A stretch of 62,950 bases of DNA, the filler included, from Sphacelaria rigidula (lineage: Eukaryota), in assembly GCA_964200075.2 (NCBI GenBank). It is 9 parts of 9 records of this genome, joined end to end, with 100 filler letters (N's around TTAATTAATTAA, not from the genome) between each part and the next. Parts side by side here need not be neighbours in the genome. Positions count along the whole stretch, not along the records: positions 49,042 to 55,946 come from CAXNAA020017488.1; positions 56,047 to 62,950 come from CAXNAA020017489.1; 7 more parts are not named here. One strand, given 5' to 3'. Numbering within the stretch: the first letter of the stretch is position 1; every line of letters starts with the position of its first letter. Made by a program: the position numbers and the translations under genes. This document shows, piece by piece, positions 52,431-62,950 of the stretch. The notes under the pieces are model-generated. The model did no database searches, was not told the origin of the DNA, and saw nothing but the letters and a program-made list of their open reading frames with translations.

Positions 52431-53439
52431 TGGAGATGGTCAAGACAATGTCTCGCTTTGTACCCGACCAGTGATGAGTGGGGGAAGCTCGGTCAACACT
52501 GAAACCGATGTGCCGCTGTCTTCTCTCATCTGTTGGTTTTTTTCTGGGCCTGTACTTTTGTGGTGTAACCTGATTTTGCTGTTGCGCATGCTGTACTGTG
52601 TCCTCGGGTTCCATCGCTTCCGTAGTTCCCTTTTACTCTGTTCTCTCTTTCTCTCTCCGAAACCTTGCGTGGGTACCGAGTGGGAAGTAAAGACGCCGGA
52701 CCGTGCTTGCTTGATCGCTGCAATCGCAGTAGCTTTTCAGACGCCGCTCCAAATGCGCGGATAGAGTAGGAAGAGCACCTGTCGATGGCCTGGGTTAGGG
52801 TCGTGGAAGTTTCGAGGGCTGAGCGCGGATTAATCGCACGATGCACGACTTTGTAGAGTGGGTTCTCCAACCATCCAACCAAGCCTCCAACACCTGACAC
52901 ATTTCCACTCGAAGGATGTTGGTTGGTTTACGGAGGATCTGTGTCGAAGATCGGACGTGAACGTTCCAGGATCTTTGACTCGAGCGAGGGCCATCGCGGT
53001 CATATGCCAAAGCTTGTCGATGGCCTATCGTTGAAGCCAGCGTTACGCAGGCGCAACCCCCCCCCTTTTGTTTTTTATATCGATCACTCCCTGGGCGGGT
53101 GGTATGTACCTGTAGGTCATACAAGAATACACTCGCGTCATTGACATTTTTTTCTTCTGCCGTTCGATGCTCGCCCCCTCTCCCTCGTGAAATACTAAGC
53201 CCATATCAATCTGGTAGATGGAGAAATGCTCCTGAGTCAGAAAGGGGAGCGTAGGATAAGTGTCGAGAGTGATCAATCACAAACGACAAGAGGTGTTGCC
53301 ACCTCGGGGCTAGGAATTGCTGGTCTGAGAAGGATGTATGAAACCGTCATGATTCCTTCTCCCACTAGGTAGAATCTAGTACTATTTCGAAGCCTCGTGA
53401 CACTTTATGATGCCCTGTACTTCTGGAAAATATCGGAAA

Positions 53440-54695
53440 CGTGTTTTTTAATCAGCGCAAGGGAGGCGGAATGCAAGTGGGCATCACGATTTTGGAGATG
53501 TGGAACCCGATCCCTCACGGATCGATTCTTGGTGGCGATTTTTTTAGGAAGGATTACAACTATGATGTCTTCAATTCATGCGGATAAAATAGAAGGAGCA
53601 CGGAGAGCTACAGTATGGCTAACGGCAAAGGGATGGGACCGGATGGGCTACCTGCTAATTTCCCGAAGCTCGGATTCTTCGGAGAGCCTTTTGGAGATGC
53701 TGTATCACTTGTACGGCATCACCGTTGTTACTTTAACGCCTGGCGAGGTGCCGTAGGAGACAGTCCTACTATCGAAGCACTAGACAAGAGAGATAGGACC
53801 GAGTGTGATGGCTATCGAGCCATCTCCCTCGCGGCACATGCTCGTAAAGTTCTCCTCAAAATCGCGGTCGACAGAAAAAGTTCGGTAATTTTCTGGCCTG
53901 ATCCGACCTATGCCACAAGCATGAGGTTGTTGCGCTGTGGCAAAACAGCACCAGCGACAATCCGCGAGGGGTTCAAGATGGAAACGAGCGAGATAGTTGT
54001 CCGTTTTTCCGCTGGCTAGAGATGAGAGGGGAGGGGAGGGGAAGCGCGGAAATTGGTGCCCCTCTCTTATGCTATCGTTCGTTGACTTCTTTCCTTACCT
54101 CGTAACTCTGGCGACGTCCGCTGGTTCTGTTTCCTGTTGACGTTCTACTCTTATCTGCGTTACATACGTATTTTCCTTATTTTCCCTTCCTATATTTTCC
54201 TCATCTCTTTTTCTTTGTTTCTTTCTTCTCCGTCAGACTCCTATCATGTTTTGTTTCGTGTCCTTTAATTTCTCCCCTCTCACATGCATGAGTGCTTGTG
54301 TCTTGGTCCTGCACAGCTGGTGGATGAGAATTCCTGCTCGAATATTGCAATCCCCAGATAGTTCAGTACCAAATTGCTTCCACGGCATTGCTTTCTGTAC
54401 AGCTTGCTTAACTAAAATCCCTGGCAAGGGGGCTATCCAGGTTTTGTTCTCGTGGCCGGTACTAGATGTTAGCTCGGCGATTCCATTTTGTTTTTCTTGT
54501 TTTTTTTTTAATTATTTATTTCTTCATGTTTTTTGTTTCGTTTCCTCGTCACTTTTTTTCGATCGTACGCTTTAGTAGTGAGTCTTTTTCATAGCGAGTG
54601 TTTCCGTACATTTACCTTGGGTTGGCCTATATCCTATGACCAGCTGGGGATAGTAGCGGATCAGTTAATGTGCGAACATAAATCAAATCAATCAA
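53440..54695 (+). mobile_element. Second, internally deleted RTE LINE fragment with 3' UTR and (AATC)n tail
   Basis: ANGKGMGPDGLPA...KRDRTECDGYRAISLAAHARKVLLKI (53615-53870), then a pyrimidine-rich UTR ending in AAATCAAATCAATCAAT at ~54695. Confidence 0.75.
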
Positions 54696-54869
54696 TATTT
54701 TTTCGCCACTAAGGTGAGCCGTGTTCGTCGAGGGGCTCATCTAGAGGCATCTCAATAAACCCATGCCTTGCGATCTGAGATATGCGGGATGAAGAACATG
54801 CACAGGGATGATGAAATTCGGGCGAAAAAGGCACATTCGTCCGGCCCGTGATCGTTTCCCAGAAAATTG

Positions 54870-55090
54870 CAAGGGTGTGTCGAGCAGGGTAAACACTCGG
54901 GTATTTACTCCCCCGAGTTTCGTGTTGCGATGGTCCGATCTCCAAACTTTCCCCGAGTGTTGGTTAATGTTGGGTACGATCGCATTACTCTACCCAATAT
55001 CTGGGTATTGTTACGTACGATCTCAATACTCCACCCGAAGTTTGGGTGCTTAGGGTACGCTTTTTTCAAAATACCCAACACACCCCCTTG
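54870..55090. mobile_element. hAT-like MITE
   Basis: CAAGGG...CCCTTG ends; 8-bp flanks GAAAATTG/GAGAATTC (6/8); homologous to 11006-11243. Confidence 0.7.
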
Positions 55091-57536
55091 GAGAATTCTC
55101 GTCTCTTGTGTGTAGACCTTTTTTGCGGTGGGGAACCATCATTAATCCTTCACCGAAGACGACTACCGCTGCGTGTTTGGATCGAGCGGCTCTGGCTAAC
55201 GAGTGCTTTTTTCACTGTGTCCTATGACAAGTGGTCAGATTGGGTTGACGTTGCACATTACAGTACGAAGAGCTTCCTTTAGTGTACACGGATGGCAAGT
55301 GTTGAGGATGTATTGGCATCAATTAGCCTGTCATGGAGACCTTTCTCCAACGTGCTCGGGTGTGACCACTGTTTGGTTTGAGACTTGTACCTTTTGATCC
55401 ATCGAAAAGGTAATCAAACCGCCCGTGGCTATTTTCATGCTTCAGGGACATACGCTGACAAAACAAATGTGTCCGGTTTGCCGTGCAGCCAACGATCAAA
55501 ATCGGACAACGTTCACAGTTACGTTGACTACGTACTGAGTTTCTGTGGTGAAGGAACCGTCTGGGTGCCCCCTGCTTGCTGTGAGTGTTTTTGTTGTTGC
55601 CTTATGCATCAGTCGAACTGAGTTCAACCAACGCTCGTTACGAGTGAATTCCACGTGGGAGATGGACTCCGTTTCAGCCACGCCTTTCTCTTATGATTGC
55701 TTGATTGCTTTATCGGTTGTCGCACATACTTAGCTGATCCGCTACGATTTCAGCCTGGGTCACAAGACAGACGCCCTCAAGGTAAATACACAGGGACATT
55801 CGCTCAAGGAAATCTCGGGAAAAGGGGAATAAGAAAAAGGGATGGGAAGGAACGAAGGAGCGAAAGGAGGAGAAAACAAACTGGGTAAACCCACAAAACA
55901 ACCTTTGTGGGAGGGAAGGGGGCGTACTCATGATCATGCATGCCATNNNNNNNNNNNNNNNNNNNNNNNNNNNNNNNNNNNNNNNNNNNNTTAATTAATT
56001 AANNNNNNNNNNNNNNNNNNNNNNNNNNNNNNNNNNNNNNNNNNNNGGAAGGGGGGGCCGTCCCGAGGGGGAGGGGTGGTCAAAGGCCAAACCACAAAAC
56101 CAAAAAATGGGGCCCCCCCCCCCCCCCCCCCCCCTTCAGCCTGGTCCGGCGAGAACCCGGCGTGCTCCGTTCCGGCTTTGTAGGGGTGGACCCCCGATGG
56201 GGTTGGCGTCGGTTGGCGATGACACTATTAAACACGCCACTCACTGCGTAAGCAAGGCGAACAGGTTACCGTTCTCTTTGCGCGCTTGCGTTTTTTTTGC
56301 GGTAACCATGATGGTAGTCGAGCCAGATCATGTTGTGCGGCACGGGAGAACCTCAACTCCGCACAATGGGGATGATCATATTACGTGTTTACATGGTGAG
56401 ACACCCATAAGGAAGTGCATTGGCTGTGGCTGTATCTGCAAGTGCCGATACCAGAGAATAAAGCAACTCATTGTAGGCTGTCATCCAAATGCAGATTATC
56501 AGTAGTAGGCTTCGGGCCGAACAATCTTAGCAGGATGTACCTCACCGTTCATGCGACTCGCCGAACACACCACGTCGTTTCGCGCTGGGTGACTAACTAA
56601 GTGCGAGCCCGGTTCGGAGAAAACCCGGCGTGCTCCGTTCCGGCTTCGTAGGGATGCGAGGTCAATGGTCTGATGACCATGGCATGCATGATCATGTGTG
56701 CCCCCCCCCCCCCCAGGCAAGCAACAAATGAGTACGCCCCCCCCCCCCCCCCCCCTCCCCAGGTCTATAATGAGGAAGTGAATACACACACAGTAGTTGC
56801 AGAAGACATATATTCAATGCACCCATGACCGCATGTAAAGAAAATCAATCATGTCTGCCGTCTCCAGGTGAACACAGTGAAAATCTGGACAACTGAGCTG
56901 CGCATACTTCTGTAGTCCTACGCCAAAAGAAGAGAAAAAAATCGGAACATAATCCGTCATCTTTTCACCCCAATACGCACGCGAACACTGCGCAACCCAA
57001 GATTCGGCTAGATGAGGTTGTTGTCTGTTGCCTACATGGTACATAGTCGAAGTTTCAGCGCGGACAAACGCTGGCAGCGCTTGCCCGGCCGTGCCTCTTG
57101 AAGTGAGCACCTCTACAGGCGATACCAAGATGCGTACCGCGTAGAATGACATCATTCAGAGTGTGCCAAATACGGATCGATCTTTGTTTGTCGGGGCAAG
57201 AGCCACCCAGCAGGTCATAATTTGGAAGTGAGCGCATCTGCGTGTCAACATATGCATGCACTGACAAATCCACGCAGTCTGGGTGGCGGAAACGCCGTTT
57301 TGAGGGCATATTGACGGTATTGCCCAGATTCCGCATTTTTTGGGAGTGGATCTCACGCATCCCCCAACACGTGCCGCCGAACCGGGAATATTTACGTTGT
57401 GGTTCACCTCTGCGCCAAGTCTCAGGCCAGTCCCTTCTGACATGGCCGAGGGATCCACAAGCAAGGTCACGCTTGACTTGTACTGAAAATACAGTACTCA
57501 ACAGTCGAAAAACACATGAGGTGCGTATGATTTTTG

Positions 57537-59296
57537 CAACGCTGTGTTCTGTAAGGTACGGGGACGTTCTGTAGGGTATCAGATTCCTTACAGAACTTAC
57601 AGAACTTACAGAACTGTCTGGTACCGGTATGAAAGTCTTACAGATATTGCAGAACTTGTCGGGTACGGTACGGGAGGCTTAAAGAAAACGGGTACCGGCA
57701 ATCGGGTAACTCTCTTAGGGCATACCCGCCCCTCGGGTTAGGGTAACGTTTGTGTACAGAACTCACAGAACTGTCGGGTAAGGGTATGGGAGGCTTACAC
57801 AACTCACAGAAACTGTCGGGTAGGGTATGGAGGTTGCACGGAAAACCGTACCCGCACCCGGATATCTTATCAAGAGCATACCCCTGCCCCCGGCAATGGC
57901 AGGGAAGGCTTACAGAACTCACAGAACTATCGGGTACGGGTATGGGGGTCTTACAGAGATTACTGAACTGTCGGGTACCGGTATGGAAATCTTACAGAGT
58001 TTACAGAACTGTCGGGTACGGTAAATACCCGGCAAATACCCCAGGTATACAGAAAACCGTACCCTACAGTACACGACCTTGGTATCATCATCACCCCTGT
58101 GGTGGGACCTACGTCACTAAAACAGTGGCAATATATAGATGACAGTTCACGAAAACTCTGAACGACCTTCACTGGGTTGATAGAGAAAGACTACACGAAC
58201 AATTGCAGTAGTAAATGTGCACGGCATCGTCAACATTTATCGGTTTCAAATACACTCTCAGAGAGGGAATGAAACAGCATTCACGGCTGCCCGTTCTCCG
58301 AAAGCCCTGCGGCACGTGACAAAATCGCCGACGGCCTTGACGACTTTGGCAGCTCATATGCTCTGTGCTGTACATGTCGATAACGGCCTGGGGATTGATA
58401 ACCACGACACAACCACCATCAACGTCGATAACGTGCGTCTTGCTTCTTGATCCTTTGGTGGCGCAGATGAACCACCCCCGCTCGTGCCACCACTCGCGAG
58501 TCTGGGGATGATCCATCATGACGGTCTGCAGGGCCGATCATGTTTCGTGTTCTCACTCAGCGGTACCTCGTACCCCGTCAGATCCCGAACTGAAGAACTT
58601 TTCAACATGAATGATTGTTGGTGTGCAGTTTTGAAAGAAGGAGTTGGATGGGTTGATTGATGGGAGGTACATGTTCAGGTCATCAGGTTGTGTTTGGATT
58701 GAACCTATATATGTACCTCCCCAACGTGTATATCTGCGCTCATACCTGCAATTGTGTGCATTTATAACGGTATACACGAACCCCGGGTAGGGGTACGGGG
58801 AGCTTACAGAGCTCACAGAACTGTCGGGTACCGGTACTGGATGAAAGTCTTACAGAAATGACAGAACTTGTCGGGTACGGTATGAGAGGCTTACAGAAAA
58901 CGGGTACCGGCAATCGGGTATTCTTCAGAAGCATACCCGCACTCCGGGTACGGGTAAATGTTCTGTACAGAAGTCACAGAACTGTCGGGTAAGGGTATGG
59001 GAGGCCTTACACAACTCACAGAAACTGTCGGGTAGGGTATGGAGGTTGCACAGAAAACCGTACCCGCCATCAGGTATCTTATCAAGAGCGTACCCGTACC
59101 CCCCCGGTAACGGTGCCGGGGTCTTACAGAACTCACAGAACTATCGGGTAAGGGTATGAAAATCTTACAGAAATAACAGAACTGCCGGGTACCGGTACGA
59201 AAGTCTTACAGAACTCACAGAACTGTCCAGTGCGGTAAATACCCGGCAAAATACCCCAGGTATACAGAAAACCATACCGTACAGAACACAACCTTG
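57537..59296. mobile_element. hAT-like composite non-autonomous element with 8-bp TSD GATTTTTG
   Basis: 25-bp TIRs match 21/25. TSD at 57529-57536 and 59297-59304. Two blocks of ACAGAACT/CGGGTA repeats (57537-58081, ~58780-59296) flank ~700 bp of unrelated sequence. Confidence 0.88.
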
Positions 59297-61926
59297 GATT
59301 TTTGTATGCGAGCATCTGGGCATTTGAATTTTATTTCTTCTTGTGGCGGAAGACTGTCTGTTCATGCTGCTGCTATATTTTGAGACTGCCCGACACCTCC
59401 ACCGGGCGAGCCGGCCGGTCATGTACGTGACTTGGTGCTCGATCGAGATGACACGATAATTTGCAGTACCGTCCTTGCCCAGATGATATCAGCTGGCGCT
59501 GACTAAACTTTTTACCTAGCTGATGTGGTGCGGTCACGCTCTAACTACAGTACTACTGTAGGAGGTCACTGTTACTCCTCTCACCGCCAGGGTGAATAAT
59601 CGGTTAGAAAAGCATCACTCGCTTACATGAAAAATGAACGGAAGGATCAGGTGACCCGACCTGGCGATCGGAGGGTTTAATAACGAGAAAGATAATTTCA
59701 ACATACGGAGGTACGCTGACACGAGTTGGTCGCCAAAATTCCGGCACTGGGCCCACAGAAAGGGGCAAGATTAATGAGTGGAAAGGTTTTTCGACCAGTC
59801 GCAGTCTTGAAATACAGTAAACCAAAATGCGGCGACCTTTCTTCCATCACATCAAGATCAGACTGCAGATGAGAAAAACGAGTGGAACACGAGTCGTGAA
59901 GTAGCCTTGAATGGCCCCCACATTGCGCCGCTGCGACACAGACAGCAGCTGCTACCTTCCACAAACGAGGATACAGCAGCTCCGTGCCGGCTCAGGTTGT
60001 TTGCCCCAACCTGCACACACTCTTGCGTGTCCTCCCCGATCACAGCACCCGATCATAACTGAAGTACCGGAGGAGAGGTAACAGACAGCTGCACAGCCGT
60101 TACGTGACGATTGTTTCCGCCTCTGTTTGGACTGTACTTTGATCCCACCCCATTTTTTTGCAGACCGCAACACAGCATGCAGCAGTACAACTGCTCAGGC
60201 ACTCTCTAGTGCACATCGCACCGCGATCACCGTAGAGGGTTTGGATGCACAACAGCGCAGCGACAACTTTATCATAAAAATGATGGGTTTGGGGAGCGCA
60301 TTATTCGTTTGACTAGAGACGAAACAGCAACACGCCATGAACGTTTCAACAGTACAGTCAGTGTGTAGAGAGCACAGCGTGCCGACAACATCATGTTTCA
60401 TAAGAGACGAACGGAATGACAATTTAGATCAACTCAAGACATTCCCAGCGGAGATCAAACCATCTCCACAAAGACCTGAAGACGCCACAGCGTAGCGACA
60501 GCTACAGCACACTAGACATAGCATGAGTGTGTTTCTGCTGCAGCGCAATGATACAGGACATGCCCCATTCGATACTCGTAGTTCCTTCTCTGATTTCGGC
60601 ATGGGCCCTCGATTCTTGCCACGTGGCGATTTTCAAACGCTCGGCCGGAATTGCGCTGCGCGCGAAGATATTTTACTTCACTTTGAGTTACACCCATCTG
60701 TGGGAGGTCAGCCATTTGTTGTAACATCCTACTTGACACAAGAGCACACACGACTCGTCAGGCAGTGAAGGCCCAGCTCTCTGAAGGGGACCTCGTAGCG
60801 TTCACTCGCGAGAGAGGCACAGATCTCTGTTGTGGTCTTCCTGTGTTGACATACGTTGCTACTACTGTTGTACCGCACTGCACTCCAGTCTACACTGTTG
60901 TGTACACGGAATGATGACAGGTCAGATTTCCGCAGGGGGACACAACACATGCACCCAGGTATCCGGAAACTCGAATCACGAAAAACACACAGAGGATGAA
61001 CTTGCGATAATACCTCAACCGTGACGGTCAGCTCGTGTGTGGTTGTCCACATCTCGCTGTGCAAACAACTGCTCGTGGAGTTAAGGACAATGGGCAGGCA
61101 TACGACTCGGTGCTAGCTTTTCCGTCGCTCTACTCGTACTGACTGTTGAGCAGCAGTGCTTCGTGACGGGAGAGTAGTACCATGCGGTTCGTACAGAGTC
61201 TGCAGCGCAGGAACTTCGCTTCATCACTGCGAGTATCATAAGTCTGAACGGCAGCTCTTCAAATGTCGGCTGAACCTCAACACTTGATCGACACTTTGGG
61301 GTTTCTGTCCCGAAATTTGCTTCTGGGGTTATACATTCCCGGATATGAATTGAGCGCACTGCAGACTGTCACACCCCGATTCCTGCACCTAGTCCTAGGT
61401 CTTACCCCTGCCTTCACGTGTCACCCCTATAAAAGGTTCCTTGATGGTTTTGTCAGTAGAGTATTGGTTTTGAAATAATCTGAAACCTATTCACCAATCT
61501 GCAGACCCATCCCTTCGTCTGCAGAAACCCGTACAACGCATTGCGGGTAGTCCATCTGGATCATGCATACTTTTTCAGATGAAAGTGATGCCGATTCCAC
61601 AGGTGACCTACCCTCGCGGTCAAAAGATTCAACGCGGCTGTGGTTCTCTCCTGGCTCCTGGAATATACAACGTTGTTCTACGCTTCCTGTTATATCATCC
61701 CGCGGACGATGGAGCTCTCCCACACCCTGCTGCTCGTCAACGAACGCCAGACTTTCAAGTGCACAAGCTCTGTGCTGTACCGTACGGTGCAGCGCAGAAA
61801 ATCAGTGGCTTGTACTACAGATACATGAGGTGAGTGCATCGCATCATGGTTGAGAGGCACATAATACAGGAGACCGACAACAGTAGCACACGCGATGGCA
61901 AAGAAGCTGAACTCATGACGACTGAC

Positions 61927-62259
61927 CTGCAGCAGTGTGGGCTGAAGGAGGATGAAACCATGGACCGATGCATATACGCAAAGCAGTGCTTCAATCCTGG
62001 AGAGGCGATATCCGTCACCAATATCCATGTTGCCCGAATCTTGTGGAGTCGGGATAGGTTGAACGATTGGCTTGGTCGCATGCCAGTGGTCTCTGTGCTC
62101 TCTGAACACGATATTGGCTGGAGTATGATAACGGTATGCATTTTTGTAGAACAATATATTGTCATGTTCCGATGATCTTGAGCAATCATGAATCATGCAC
62201 GGGCTGGTCAGTGTGATATGGGCGTGACTGCGGATCCCAATGCTCACGCGCTGAAGCAC
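61927..62259 (-). pseudogene. Exon-like remnant with hAT dimerisation-domain similarity
   Basis: Bounded on the minus strand by TTTTTCAG| and CAG|GTCAGT. Frameshifted HW...RLHKIRATWILVTDIASPGLKHCFAYM resembles WW...L-x-K-x-A-x2-IL-x3-AS-x-G-x-ERCFS. Confidence 0.4.
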
Positions 62260-62950
62260 CTGAAAAATTGAGGCCTATAGGGGTGCAGGTGAATAATTAA
62301 CACAGTCAGAAGCTATCAGGAACAAGGTTGTGTGAAAAATGAAAAATAGATCTCTGAGAGTGATCATACTTCTTGTCTGCACGTTGTTTCGGCAGCAACG
62401 AACCACAGAGAGTGTGCCTCAACTGGAAACCGCATATGGCGTATGTGCAACACCTCATCGTCGAATCCGGAGAACTCGTTCGTTCTTGCTCTGTAGTTTG
62501 TGAACGGGTTGATTGTGTTGTACTCTACAAATGAATAAGCATACCAAACCGAACTGTCTGTGCTTTGTTGCTTACTGTTTGCAAACAAACAAAAAAGAAA
62601 AAGCTCCTGTGTTGACCTTCCTCATGTGTGACCCCGGCTGGTGCGCCCCACATATACCGAAAGGTATAGACTGGCGTCCAGAATAGATGGGACGACAACA
62701 CACAAGATGGGACGACGACAACAACACACACACACACACACACAACGGAGCCCTCAGCGACTAGACGAACGGGCCCAAATCTTCGAACTAGACCCTTCAC
62801 CGAATGTCTGACGAACATCTCGATGCTACAGTAGACGGTCTGTACGTGACCATTGGGTTGTGGTTGGGCTATGCGATGTCATAGTGTGTCGGGGGGGGGG
62901 GTGTTTGCTCATGATTCTGCACGTCGTAGTCATAAGACCATTGACCTCCC

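Noticed and set aside
6907..56046. Biological 7-kb periodicity or conserved TTAATTAATTAA sites
   Set aside because: These are assembly linkers embedded in Ns.
1..62950. Hammerhead ribozymes, tRNAs and tRNA-derived SINE heads
   Set aside because: The CTGATGA/CTGAAGA hits I inspected lack a stem II followed by GAAA, and the GTTCGA hits lack an A box or cloverleaf. This was a by-eye check; an Infernal/tRNAscan run would be decisive.

Overview
Eukaryotic, almost entirely transposable-element-derived DNA. The element types and composition suggest a brown alga (Phaeophyceae), but that is inference. The window is not one locus. It is nine contigs of near-identical length (6906 x6, 6905 x2, 6904) joined by 100-bp artificial linkers (44 N + TTAATTAATTAA + 44 N), so adjacency across the gaps means nothing. 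I can support no intact host gene, RNA gene or CRISPR array. Recognisable content: (1) the 3' half of a mildly decayed Ty3/Gypsy LTR retrotransposon (RT, RNase H, integrase, chromodomain, an extra C-terminal domain, PPT, LTR); (2) a deleted Ty1/Copia element with 3' LTR, a Copia-type solo LTR and a gag remnant; (3) decayed RTE-type LINEs and their (AATC)n tails; (4) faint hAT and piggyBac-like transposase remnants; (5) many MITE/foldback families and tandem repeats. The best candidates for something undescribed are a MITE group with AAC...GTT ends and variable 4-bp TSDs, a hAT-like composite unit whose 8-bp TSD encloses about 700 bp of cargo, a Gypsy integrase with a possible second Royal-family (Tudor-like) domain, and a 152-bp tandem array built from palindromes. 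None is proven novel from sequence alone.
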